A stretch of DNA of 64,000 nucleotides from Gemmatimonadota bacterium (lineage in GTDB: Bacteria; Gemmatimonadota; Gemmatimonadetes; Longimicrobiales; Gaopeijiaceae). This document shows positions 45,083-53,728 of this stretch, one piece after another. Location: NCBI GenBank assembly GCA_039589315.1, contig JBDHHQ010000010.1:1-64000 (forward strand), read 5' to 3'. Every line of letters begins with the position of its first letter. Position 1 is the first letter of the stretch. The notes under the pieces are model-generated. The model saw only the letters and a list, made by a program, of their open reading frames with translations, had not been told where the DNA came from and did not search any database. A program made the position numbers and the translations under genes.

Positions 45083-47767
45083 CTACTCCGCCTTGAGCAC
45101 GCCCAGTGGATCCACGCGGGCGGCCCTGAGCGCCGGCACGAGGCTGGACAGGAGAGACACCAGCAGGAAGACAGCCAGGGCGCCCCCCAGGGTGACGGGA
45201 TCGAGGGGACTCACCCCGAACAGCAGCGACGCCATCACCTGTCCCACCGCCACGGCCAGCACGAGCCCGATCCCCAGCCCCAGACCGGTGAGCTTGAGGC
45301 CCTCGCCCACGATCACACCGCGGATCTGTGGCCCGCTGGCACCGAGTGCCATCCGCAGGCCGATCTCCCGCTGGCGCCGTGCCACTGAATAGGAGATCAC
45401 GCCATAGATCCCCAACGCGGCCAACAGCAGCGCCACGAGTCCGAAGACGCCCAGGAAGGCCGATCCGATGCTCCACTGGAACGTATTCTCCATGACCACC
45501 TCTCCCATGGGCCGGATGTCCAGCGGCAGGTTGGGATCGATGCGTGTGAGAGCCTCGCGCACCTGGGGAGCCAGCGCCGCGGGATCGCCCGCCGTATGGA
45601 TGGTGAGGAAGCGGCGGCGGACGGGCGCCTGGGACAAGGACCGATACAGGTGGGGCCGGAGGTTGGTGGACACGCCGTCATGTTGGATGTCGCCGACCAC
45701 CCCCACGACCACGGCCTCCCGGGGATCCCGGGGATCGCCGTAAAGCACGGTCTTGCCCAGGGGGCTCTCCTGCTGCCATTGGGCTTCGGCCAGGGAGCGG
45801 CTGACGACGACGACCCGCTCCCCCTCGGGGGCGTCGGCGGTCTCGAATCCTCGACCCGAGACCACCGGGATCCCCATGGACTCGAAGTAGCCCGGGCCCA
45901 CCCGCCCATAGAGCACGGAAGGCCACTCTTCGGGTGTCGCCGGCTGTTTCGCGGGCAGGGCGACCCGCGTCGGCATGTTCTCGTGATTCAGCGGCAAGGG
46001 ATAGACCGTGCCGACGCCCTCGACTCCTGGCAACGCCGAGGCCTCCCGTACCGCTCGCTCGAAGTACGCGGCTTGCTCCTCCACGGAGGGATAGTCGGAC
46101 TCCGGCACCGTGACCTCGACTGTCAGGAGCCGCTCGCTATGGAAGCCCAGGTCCACACGCTGCACCTCCATGAAGCTCCGCACCATGAGGCCCGTGCCGC
46201 TGATGAGGACCATGGCCATGACAACCTCGAGGACCACGAGCCCCCGTCTACCGCGCAGGGACGTGCGGCTCTCCCCGCCGCCGTGACTTCCCTCCTTGAG
46301 CGTAGCCGCAAGATCCGATCGCGTCGCGGCGAGAGCGGGTGCCAGGCCGAACACGATCGGCGTCAGGAGCGTGACCACGACCGTGAAGAGCAGGACGGTG
46401 CCGTCGACGTCGACGTCGCCGACCCGGAAGAGACCCTCGGGCACGGCCGGCCCGACGAGTCGCGTGGCCCCGAACGCCAACGCCACGCCCAACGAGCCGC
46501 CCAGCGCCGCCATCAGAAGGCTCTCGGTGAACATCTGGCGGACGATGCGCCCGCGCGACGCGCCGATGGCGGCCCGAACCGCGACCTCCCGTGTGCGCGT
46601 GCTCGCCCGAGCCAGCGTCAGGCTGGCCACGTTCACACACGCGATGAGAAGCACGAAGCTCACCGCACCGAGGAGGACCAGGAAGCTGACCCTCATGACG
46701 TCCCAGGCGAAGTTCAACGCGGCTCGGATGGGCTTGACGCTGACGCCGGCGAAACGCCCTTCAGCGTTCGGGTATACCTCGCTGAGCTCGCGTTGGATCG
46801 CCAGCAGCTCCTGGCGGGCCCGCTCCCCGCTGGTCCCGTCGGCAAGCCTGCCCACCATGATCCAACTGAGATAGTCCCGGTCCATCCCCGCTGGGTCCGC
46901 CCGCTCGGGAATCCACATCTTCACTTCGCCGAACGGGAAGTTGAAGTCGCGTTTCATCACGCCCACGACGGTGAACGCCACGCCGTCCAACATGACCGTG
47001 CGCCCCAATACGCCCGGGTCCCCGGCATAGCGACGCTGCCAGAGCCCATGGCTCATCACGAGCACGTCCTCGCCGCCGGGACCGCCCTCCTCGTCCAGGA
47101 ACGTGCGGCCCAGGGCGGGCTCGGCGTCCAGAACCTCGAACATGTTGGCCGAAAGCGCACTCGCCAGGATGCGCTCCGGACCTTCAGGTCCCGTTACGTT
47201 CCTGGTGGAGTACCGGTAGAATCCAGCGTCGTCGAAGGACCGGGTGCGCTCGACCCAGTCGTGAAACATGGGCAGCGAGAAGCGTACGCCGTCCCACCCC
47301 TCCACCGGATCCACCTGACCCACCTGCACCAGCTCGTCAGCGTTCCCGTAGGGGAGGGCCCGGAAGAGGTACGGGTTCATCAGGCTGAAGATCGTAGTGT
47401 TCGCCGCGATCCCCAGCGCCAGCGTGACGATCACCACGGCCGCGAACCCACGGTTCTTCCCCAGCGTCCGCCACGCGTATCGCAGGTCCTGCCTGAGCTC
47501 TTCAAGTCGCATCGCTCTCCTCGCCCCCCTCTCCCGTTGTCTCGACAGATCGGTGCAGTACCGTCGGGTTTCGGCCAAATCGCCGAAGCGCCGCCGGGCC
47601 TCGGTCCGTGCTTCTTCCGGGTTCCACCCCTCGGCCACCAGCTCCTCCACACAGAGCGCCAGGTGGAGGTCCAGCTCCTCGTCGACCGCGCGCCGCGCGT
47701 CGCTGCCGCCCCGGAACGGCAGCCTGAAGGACCGCCGCACCGGCTTCTCGGGCTGATCCACGCTCAT
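45083..47767 (-). CDS. Duplicated MacB/FtsX ABC permease (ADOP type) with permease-prefix domain
   Basis: VDEELDLHL..ARRRFGD prefix, DLRYAWRTL, LLIACVNVASL, REIGLRMALGA, RAARVDPL; no ATPase nearby. Confidence 0.93.
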   Translation of the reverse strand: MSVDQPEKPVRRSFRLPFRGGSDARRAVDEELDLHLALCVEELVAEGWNPEEARTEARRRFGDLAETRRYCTDLSRQRERGARRAMRLEELRQDLRYAWRTLGKNRGFAAVVIVTLALGIAANTTIFSLMNPYLFRALPYGNADELVQVGQVDPVEGWDGVRFSLPMFHDWVERTRSFDDAGFYRYSTRNVTGPEGPERILASALSANMFEVLDAEPALGRTFLDEEGGPGGEDVLVMSHGLWQRRYAGDPGVLGRTVMLDGVAFTVVGVMKRDFNFPFGEVKMWIPERADPAGMDRDYLSWIMVGRLADGTSGERARQELLAIQRELSEVYPNAEGRFAGVSVKPIRAALNFAWDVMRVSFLVLLGAVSFVLLIACVNVASLTLARASTRTREVAVRAAIGASRGRIVRQMFTESLLMAALGGSLGVALAFGATRLVGPAVPEGLFRVGDVDVDGTVLLFTVVVTLLTPIVFGLAPALAATRSDLAATLKEGSHGGGESRTSLRGRRGLVVLEVVMAMVLISGTGLMVRSFMEVQRVDLGFHSERLLTVEVTVPESDYPSVEEQAAYFERAVREASALPGVEGVGTVYPLPLNHENMPTRVALPAKQPATPEEWPSVLYGRVGPGYFESMGIPVVSGRGFETADAPEGERVVVVSRSLAEAQWQQESPLGKTVLYGDPRDPREAVVVGVVGDIQHDGVSTNLRPHLYRSLSQAPVRRRFLTIHTAGDPAALAPQVREALTRIDPNLPLDIRPMGEVVMENTFQWSIGSAFLGVFGLVALLLAALGIYGVISYSVARRQREIGLRMALGASGPQIRGVIVGEGLKLTGLGLGIGLVLAVAVGQVMASLLFGVSPLDPVTLGGALAVFLLVSLLSSLVPALRAARVDPLGVLKAE

Positions 47768-47818
47768 CTCCCCCGATTCCAGGTGCGCTGGCGCTGGTGC
47801 CTCCCGCTCACGGCCTCG

Positions 47819-48166
47819 CTACTCCCGCTCCGCCGCGGCTGGCTCGAGGATGCTGAAGATGGCCGCGGCGTACTCCCGCCAGGACCGGGCTTCAGCAGTG
47901 AGACGCTTCGTCCCCACGGCTGTCAGATCGTAGAACTTGGCGCGCCGGTTGTTCTCGCTCTGGCCCCACTCGGCGCTGATCCACCCCTTCTTCTCCATAC
48001 GGTGGAGCGCCTGGTAGAGAGCGGCGTCCTGCAGCTCCAAGACGCCCTGGGAACGTGTGCGGATGCGCCGCGAGATGGCGAAGCCGTGCGCCGGACCCTC
48101 CGAGAGTGTCCGGAGAATCACCAGGTCCACGGTGCCGGGGAGCAGGGCTCGCTGTCGTTCGTTCAT
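47819..48166 (-). CDS. PadR family regulator (acidobacterial type)
   Basis: LLPGTVDLVILRTL, HGFAI, ALYQALHRME, WGQSENNRRAKFY. Confidence 0.93.
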   Translation of the reverse strand: MNERQRALLPGTVDLVILRTLSEGPAHGFAISRRIRTRSQGVLELQDAALYQALHRMEKKGWISAEWGQSENNRRAKFYDLTAVGTKRLTAEARSWREYAAAIFSILEPAAAERE

Positions 48167-48211
48167 GATCGTCACGGGGTTGGAAGTGGTCCTCCGTCCA
48201 CTCCAGCCTAC

Positions 48212-48263
48212 TCACCTCATCTCGTGAGGGGAAGACCCTTCCCCATACGAAGTGAGGGGAAGA
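48212..48263. promoter_or_regulatory. Two imperfect palindromes upstream of PadR-2 (putative operators)
   Basis: TCACCTCA-N5-TGAGGGGA (48212-48232) and TCCCCATA-N5-TGAGGGGA (48240-48260); 28-bp period. Confidence 0.7.
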
Positions 48264-48528
48264 AGAGTTTCGGGCGGGCCAGGACCGGGTGAGAGGGTGC
48301 GTCCCGGGCACCCGAGGGCACATCGGGCCACCCATCCCACGGCCCCCCAGGTCCGGTGTGGCGGGATGCCGGACGGGCCTACGTCACATGTCGGTGAGGA
48401 GCCGCTCCGTGGGGCCGGCGCCACGTTGGCGTAGGGCCCGGGGCGAATGGTATGTTGGGGACTGCGCCACTCGGTTTGCCGGAGTGGTCGCAACCCCGCT
48501 GGATGATCCGTCCTCGAGGAGGCCCACC

Positions 48529-49797
48529 ATGGTTCGCCGGACCGGACTCGTCGTATTCACAGCCGCCTTGCTTTCGATCCTGTTGCCAGCGGCAGCCGAG
48601 GCGCAGCTCGGCCGGATCACGGACCGAGCCAAGAGGGCGGCGGAAGACCAGATCTCCCGCGAGGTAGAGGAGCTCGTCCGTGACGCCGTGCGCTGCGCCT
48701 TCGACGACCTGGACTGCATCGAGAAGGCCGAGAGTGACGGCAAGGACGTCGTTCTGACCAACAAGGACGGGGAGATCCTCACCGACGAGGACGGGAACCC
48801 GGTCACGGACCGGTCGCAGCTCCCGTCCTCGGGAGCCACGACCTTCGACGCGGCCTCCTCGACCTTCGACTTCGAAGCCGGCGACCGATCCCTGTTCACC
48901 GAGGACTTCGCCTCGGACAACCTGGGCGACTTCCCCCGCAACCTCGAGTACATGCGGGGCACCATGGAGGTGGCGCAGAACGACGAAGGGAAGCGGTTCC
49001 TTCTGGCCACGGGCGGCAACAGCCAGTTCGCCATCGTGCTTCCCAGCACCCTCCCGGATCAGTTCACCATCGAGCTCGACATCCACGACCCGGCAACGGA
49101 GCAGGGCACCTGGATCTCGACGCAGGAGATGAGCCAGAACGGCCGAGTGGACGCGAACGTGTTCAACTTCGGCAACTGGAGGGGAAGCGGGATCTGGAAC
49201 CCGAAACCCGATCCGCTCGCGGTGATCCAGGACGAGACCATGACCAAGGAGATCGTGACGGCCCGGATCATGGCGGATGGAGACCATGTGAAGGCGTATC
49301 TGAACGAGGTGCGGGTGGCCAACGTGCCCCGGGTCGAGTTCACCCGGGGCGACCGGATCTATTTCTCCATGGACGGCCGCCAGGATCGGCCCATCTATGT
49401 GGGTAACATCCGCATCGCCGCTGGAGGCCGGGACCTGTACGACGCCCTCAGCACGGACGGCAGGGTCGAGGTCCACGACATCCTCTTCGACACCGACTCC
49501 GACGTGATCCGCCCAGAGTCGGCTTCGATCCTGCAAGAGATCGGCACCATGCTGCAGGAGCACTCGGAGCTGAGCCTGCTCATCGAAGGGCATACCGACA
49601 ACGAGGGCGACTTCGACCACAACATGACCCTGTCGGGAGACCGTGCCACGTCGGTGAAGGCGTACCTCGTCCAGAACTTCGGCATCGAGGACGCACGGCT
49701 CAGGACCATGGGCCTCGGGCCGTCGAGGCCCGTGGACACGAACGATACCGAAGCAGGACGTCAGCGGAACCGGCGGGTGGAGCTGGTCAGGATGTAA
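48529..49797 (+). CDS. OmpA-family peptidoglycan-binding protein with an N-terminal beta-rich domain
   Basis: Signal peptide ending AEA; ILFDTDSD, IEGHTD, NMTLSGDRA, GLGPSRP, GRQRNRRVE; GAGGAGG RBS. Confidence 0.92.
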   Translation: MVRRTGLVVFTAALLSILLPAAAEAQLGRITDRAKRAAEDQISREVEELVRDAVRCAFDDLDCIEKAESDGKDVVLTNKDGEILTDEDGNPVTDRSQLPSSGATTFDAASSTFDFEAGDRSLFTEDFASDNLGDFPRNLEYMRGTMEVAQNDEGKRFLLATGGNSQFAIVLPSTLPDQFTIELDIHDPATEQGTWISTQEMSQNGRVDANVFNFGNWRGSGIWNPKPDPLAVIQDETMTKEIVTARIMADGDHVKAYLNEVRVANVPRVEFTRGDRIYFSMDGRQDRPIYVGNIRIAAGGRDLYDALSTDGRVEVHDILFDTDSDVIRPESASILQEIGTMLQEHSELSLLIEGHTDNEGDFDHNMTLSGDRATSVKAYLVQNFGIEDARLRTMGLGPSRPVDTNDTEAGRQRNRRVELVRM

Positions 49798-50057
49798 TCA
49801 GCTCCGACGCCTTCGGCGCCGCAAGCTCACGGACACATCCTCACTCGAGGGTGTGCCCGCCTTGCTGCGGGGTCCTCGCGGGAATCGGGCCATCCCCTCG
49901 GCCACGGAGCCCCCTCAACGGTGGAATCCGCCCGACTGCGGAGTCCGCTCAACAGAAACATCCGGCTCAGTGTCTCCTAATGCCGACGGTCGGATGTGGA
50001 GGTGTGGGGAGGACCAACCGTCGAATCCCAATAGCCGACAACGGAACGACCGCATAA

Positions 50058-52361
50058 ATGCTCGCATCACTGGCCCTTCTCGCCGGGTTGCTCGGCCCAG
50101 GAGAGAACGACTTCTCCGGCGCCGAGCGGGAGCTGGACGTCGCCCCACCGCGGGTGGAGGCCCCGGACATCGCCATAGACGGCCGCTTGGACGAAGCGGA
50201 GTGGTCGCTGGCAGCCCGGCTTACCGACTTCACCCAGTACGAGCCCGTGGAGGGTCGCCCTGCCCAGGAGCGCACCGAGGTTCTGGTATTCTACTCCTCG
50301 GACGCCATCTACTTCGGCATTCAGGCGTTCGATTCCGACCCCGACAACATCCAGGTGCACCTCGGCCAGCGGGACCGGAGCGTCTTCAATGACGACTGGA
50401 TCCGGATCATGCTGGATACGTTCAACGACCAGCGGCAGGCGTACGTCTTCTACGTAAACCCCCTCGGGATCCAGACCGACGGCCTGTGGATCGAGGGCTT
50501 CCGCGGCCGCGGCCCCGTGCCCATCGACTTCAACCCGGACTTCATCTGGGACTCCGACGCCCACGTGACCGACGACGGCTGGGTGGCCGAGATTCGCATC
50601 CCATACGTGTCCATCCGCTTCAAGGAAGTCCCCGTGCAGGACTGGGGCTTGAACGTCGCGCGGGAGACCCGGCGGAACGGCTTCAAGGACGCATGGGCGC
50701 CGCTGACCCAGGACGCATCCAGCACGCTGGCCCAGAGCGGGCGGCTCACCGGCCTGAAGGAGCTGCAGCCACGGCGGCTCGTCGAGATCACCCCCGTCGT
50801 CACTGGTAAGAGCGAGGGCCTGAGCACCGATGGCGTCTTCACCCGGCAGCGGGTCCAGCCCGAGGCAGGCGTGGACGTGCGCTACGGCATCACGCAGAAT
50901 CTCGTGCTCGACGCCACCGTGAACCCGGATTTCTCACAGGTGGAGGCCGACGCCGACCAGCTCACGATCAACGAGCGCTTCGCCATATTCCTGCCCGAAG
51001 CACGGCCGTTCTTCCTGGACGGAGCCGAGACGTTCCGAACCCCCTCGCAGCTCGTGTACACCCGCCGGATCGTGGACCCGTCGGCCGGGGCCAAGCTCAC
51101 CGGCAAGGTAGGCTCGTTCGCCGTGGCATACATGGGAGCCGCCGACGAAAGCCCCAACTCGCTTCTCGGCGACGATGGCCGGGCCGTCTTCAACGTGGTC
51201 CGGGTGCGACGCGACGTGGGTACGGGCTCCAACGTCGGGGTCCTCTATACCGACCGGACGATGACGACGGGAGGCGTGTTCAACCGGGTCGCTGCCGGGG
51301 ACGCCCGCATCCTCTTCGGCGGCCGCCACACGCTCACCGCCCAGTACGCGCATAGCTGGCAGGATGCAGCGAGTCCGTACGGGACGGGCAATCTGCTCAC
51401 GGCTCAGCTTCAGCGCAGTGGCCGTAACCTCTCCTGGGACCTCCAGTTCGAGGACATCGCACCGGGATTCAGGGCCGACGCCGGCTTCATCCGCCGCGCC
51501 GGAGACACACGGATGAAGGGGCAGGTGTCGCTGAACAGGTACGGGAAGCCCGGAGCATTGGTCGAGCGGGTCGGGCTGTCGCTGGATGCGGAGAGCTTCA
51601 CCGATCACGACGAGTTCTGGCAAGGCGGCTCCTTCTACGAGGGCGAGGTCCAGCTATGGCCGAGTATCTCATTCCGCGGTAGCTGGACCCTCCGGTTCAT
51701 CGTCCGAAACGGCTACTTCCGCTTCCGCCAAGAGGACTACGAGGGAGCTCAGGCGCCGGACGGCGGGGGAGGCCTTCAGCCGTTCCAGGTGCCGGCGCCC
51801 CTGGAGAACATGTGGGCGGTGGGCTTCATGCCGCGCCTGCGGTTGAGCGGCAGCGCCAACCTCAACGGCCGCATGTTCTACCGGGAGATCCCCATTTACG
51901 GCGAGGCGTCCCGCGGCATCGAGCTCCAGGTCGCGCCCGAGATCACTTTCCGCCCCACGGATCGCCTGGAAATCGGGGCGAACTACACGTACTCGCAGAT
52001 CCGGCGGCAGAGCTCGGGAGCCGAGTTCTCGCGCACCAATCTCTCCCGTCTGCGGCTCCAGTATCAGTTCACCAAGGCACTACGGGCCCGCACCATCGGT
52101 CAGTACAGCCTCGAGGAGCGGGATGCCCTGCGGGATCCCACCACCGGCGACGTCCTCTGGTATGACGACCAGCCCATCGGCAGCGTCGATCGAGGCACGT
52201 TCCAGGGCCAGTTCCTGCTCTCCTACGAGCCCTCCCCGGGCACGATCTTCTACGCTGGCTACAGTCGGATCATGGAAGGGGTGAGCACCTACGCTCTCGG
52301 CCGCATGGATCCCATGGCGGACGGCTTCTTCGTCAAGATCAGCTACCGCTTCCGGATGTAG
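50058..52361 (+). CDS. CBM9-like/DUF5916 outer-membrane protein
   Basis: IDGRLDEAEW, LDTFND, WVAEIRIP, ATVNPDFSQVEAD, EARPFFLDG, YTRRI, FFVKISYRF. Confidence 0.85.
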   Translation: MLASLALLAGLLGPGENDFSGAERELDVAPPRVEAPDIAIDGRLDEAEWSLAARLTDFTQYEPVEGRPAQERTEVLVFYSSDAIYFGIQAFDSDPDNIQVHLGQRDRSVFNDDWIRIMLDTFNDQRQAYVFYVNPLGIQTDGLWIEGFRGRGPVPIDFNPDFIWDSDAHVTDDGWVAEIRIPYVSIRFKEVPVQDWGLNVARETRRNGFKDAWAPLTQDASSTLAQSGRLTGLKELQPRRLVEITPVVTGKSEGLSTDGVFTRQRVQPEAGVDVRYGITQNLVLDATVNPDFSQVEADADQLTINERFAIFLPEARPFFLDGAETFRTPSQLVYTRRIVDPSAGAKLTGKVGSFAVAYMGAADESPNSLLGDDGRAVFNVVRVRRDVGTGSNVGVLYTDRTMTTGGVFNRVAAGDARILFGGRHTLTAQYAHSWQDAASPYGTGNLLTAQLQRSGRNLSWDLQFEDIAPGFRADAGFIRRAGDTRMKGQVSLNRYGKPGALVERVGLSLDAESFTDHDEFWQGGSFYEGEVQLWPSISFRGSWTLRFIVRNGYFRFRQEDYEGAQAPDGGGGLQPFQVPAPLENMWAVGFMPRLRLSGSANLNGRMFYREIPIYGEASRGIELQVAPEITFRPTDRLEIGANYTYSQIRRQSSGAEFSRTNLSRLRLQYQFTKALRARTIGQYSLEERDALRDPTTGDVLWYDDQPIGSVDRGTFQGQFLLSYEPSPGTIFYAGYSRIMEGVSTYALGRMDPMADGFFVKISYRFRM

Positions 52362-52580
52362 ACTCCGGTGCGTTCCTTCGCGGCCTCGCGGCCACTCCAG
52401 AGCTCGCACGATGCGGCCGCGGAGTGCCGGGATCCCCCCCAGGCTTGCGGTAGCCGCAGCTTCCTTAGACCGTAGCAGCGGCGGTCGACGAGCGCGTAGG
52501 TCACGAGGCAAAGGCTCGCGTCCGACAACAGTAGGTGGATCACGCTCGTCTCGCCTTCGCCCCGTCAGCGGAGTGTCGTC

Positions 52581-53720
52581 ATGAGAGTCGAACAATCACT
52601 TTGGTGCCCGGACGAGGGGCGGCCTCCCCAGCTCGAGGGTTGGCCAGAGCCGTCGCCGAGCCTCGTCTTCCTCTTTGGGAGCTCGGAGCTCCTGGCGGAT
52701 GAAGCCTTGGACGAGGAGCTCCACGGCCTCTATCCGGGAGCGCCGTTCTTCGGCTGCAGCACGGCCGGGGAGATTCGGGGCACGGAGGTCCACGACGGGA
52801 AGCTGGTCGTGACGGCGGTGCGCTTCGACCATACGACGGTGGAGGGCGCCGTGGCTCACGTCTCGGACGCCAGTGAGAGCTTCGGGGCGGGCGAGCAGCT
52901 CGCCCAGGCGCTGTCGCGAGACGGGCTGGCACACATCATCGTCCTCTCCGACGGCATCCACGTGAATGGCAGTGAGCTCGTCGCCGGCTTGACGCCGAAC
53001 CTCCCAACCAACGTCACCGTCACGGGTGGGCTGTCGGGCGATGGCGATCGCTTCGAAGAGACGAAGGTCCTCTGGAACGACCGCCTGGAGAGCCACTCGA
53101 TCGCCGCCGTGGGACTCTACGGCGACAGGCTCTCGGTCGGCTACGGATCCCTGGGTGGATGGGACGCGTTCGGACCGGAGCGGCTGGTCACCCGCTCCCA
53201 GGGCAACGTCCTCTACGAGCTGGACGGCCGCTCGGCCCTCCAACTCTACAAGGAGTACCTGGGAAAGCACGCCGAGGGCCTCCCGGCCACCGGAATGTTC
53301 TTCCCCCTGAGCATTCGTACCGAGGCGGACGCGACCCCCGTGGTGCGAGCCATCCTCTCCGTCGACGAGTCGGACCAGAGCCTGACATTTGCTGGTGACG
53401 TTCCCCAGGGCGCCTACAGCCGGCTGATGAAGGCGAACTTCAACCGGCTCCTCGACGGGGCCGCCGGTGCGGCCGCAACGACTCGTCGGGCCCTGGGCGG
53501 TTTGGAGCCGGAGCTCGTCCTGCTGATAAGCTGCGTGGGTCGCAAACTGGTTCTCAAGCAACGCGTCGAGGAGGAAGTCGAGGCCGTTCGCGACGTCCTG
53601 GGCGAGCGGACCGTACTGACGGGCTTCTACTCGTACGGTGAGATATCGCCCTTCACGCCCCACGCCCGGTGTGAGCTCCACAACCAGACGATGACGATTA
53701 CCGCACTGAGCGAAGGCTGA
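52581..53720 (+). CDS. FIST-domain sensory protein (NosP-like)
   Basis: GCSTAGEI, LSDG..VNGSEL, TGGLSGD, ISCVGRK, GFYSYGEI, ELHNQTMT. Confidence 0.93.
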   Translation: MRVEQSLWCPDEGRPPQLEGWPEPSPSLVFLFGSSELLADEALDEELHGLYPGAPFFGCSTAGEIRGTEVHDGKLVVTAVRFDHTTVEGAVAHVSDASESFGAGEQLAQALSRDGLAHIIVLSDGIHVNGSELVAGLTPNLPTNVTVTGGLSGDGDRFEETKVLWNDRLESHSIAAVGLYGDRLSVGYGSLGGWDAFGPERLVTRSQGNVLYELDGRSALQLYKEYLGKHAEGLPATGMFFPLSIRTEADATPVVRAILSVDESDQSLTFAGDVPQGAYSRLMKANFNRLLDGAAGAAATTRRALGGLEPELVLLISCVGRKLVLKQRVEEEVEAVRDVLGERTVLTGFYSYGEISPFTPHARCELHNQTMTITALSEG

Positions 53721-53728
53721 GCCACGAG

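Noticed and set aside
52362..52580. c-di-GMP riboswitch or sigma28 promoter upstream of the FIST gene
   Set aside because: Only partial resemblance (GGCAAA, CCGACAA); stems and spacing do not fit convincingly.
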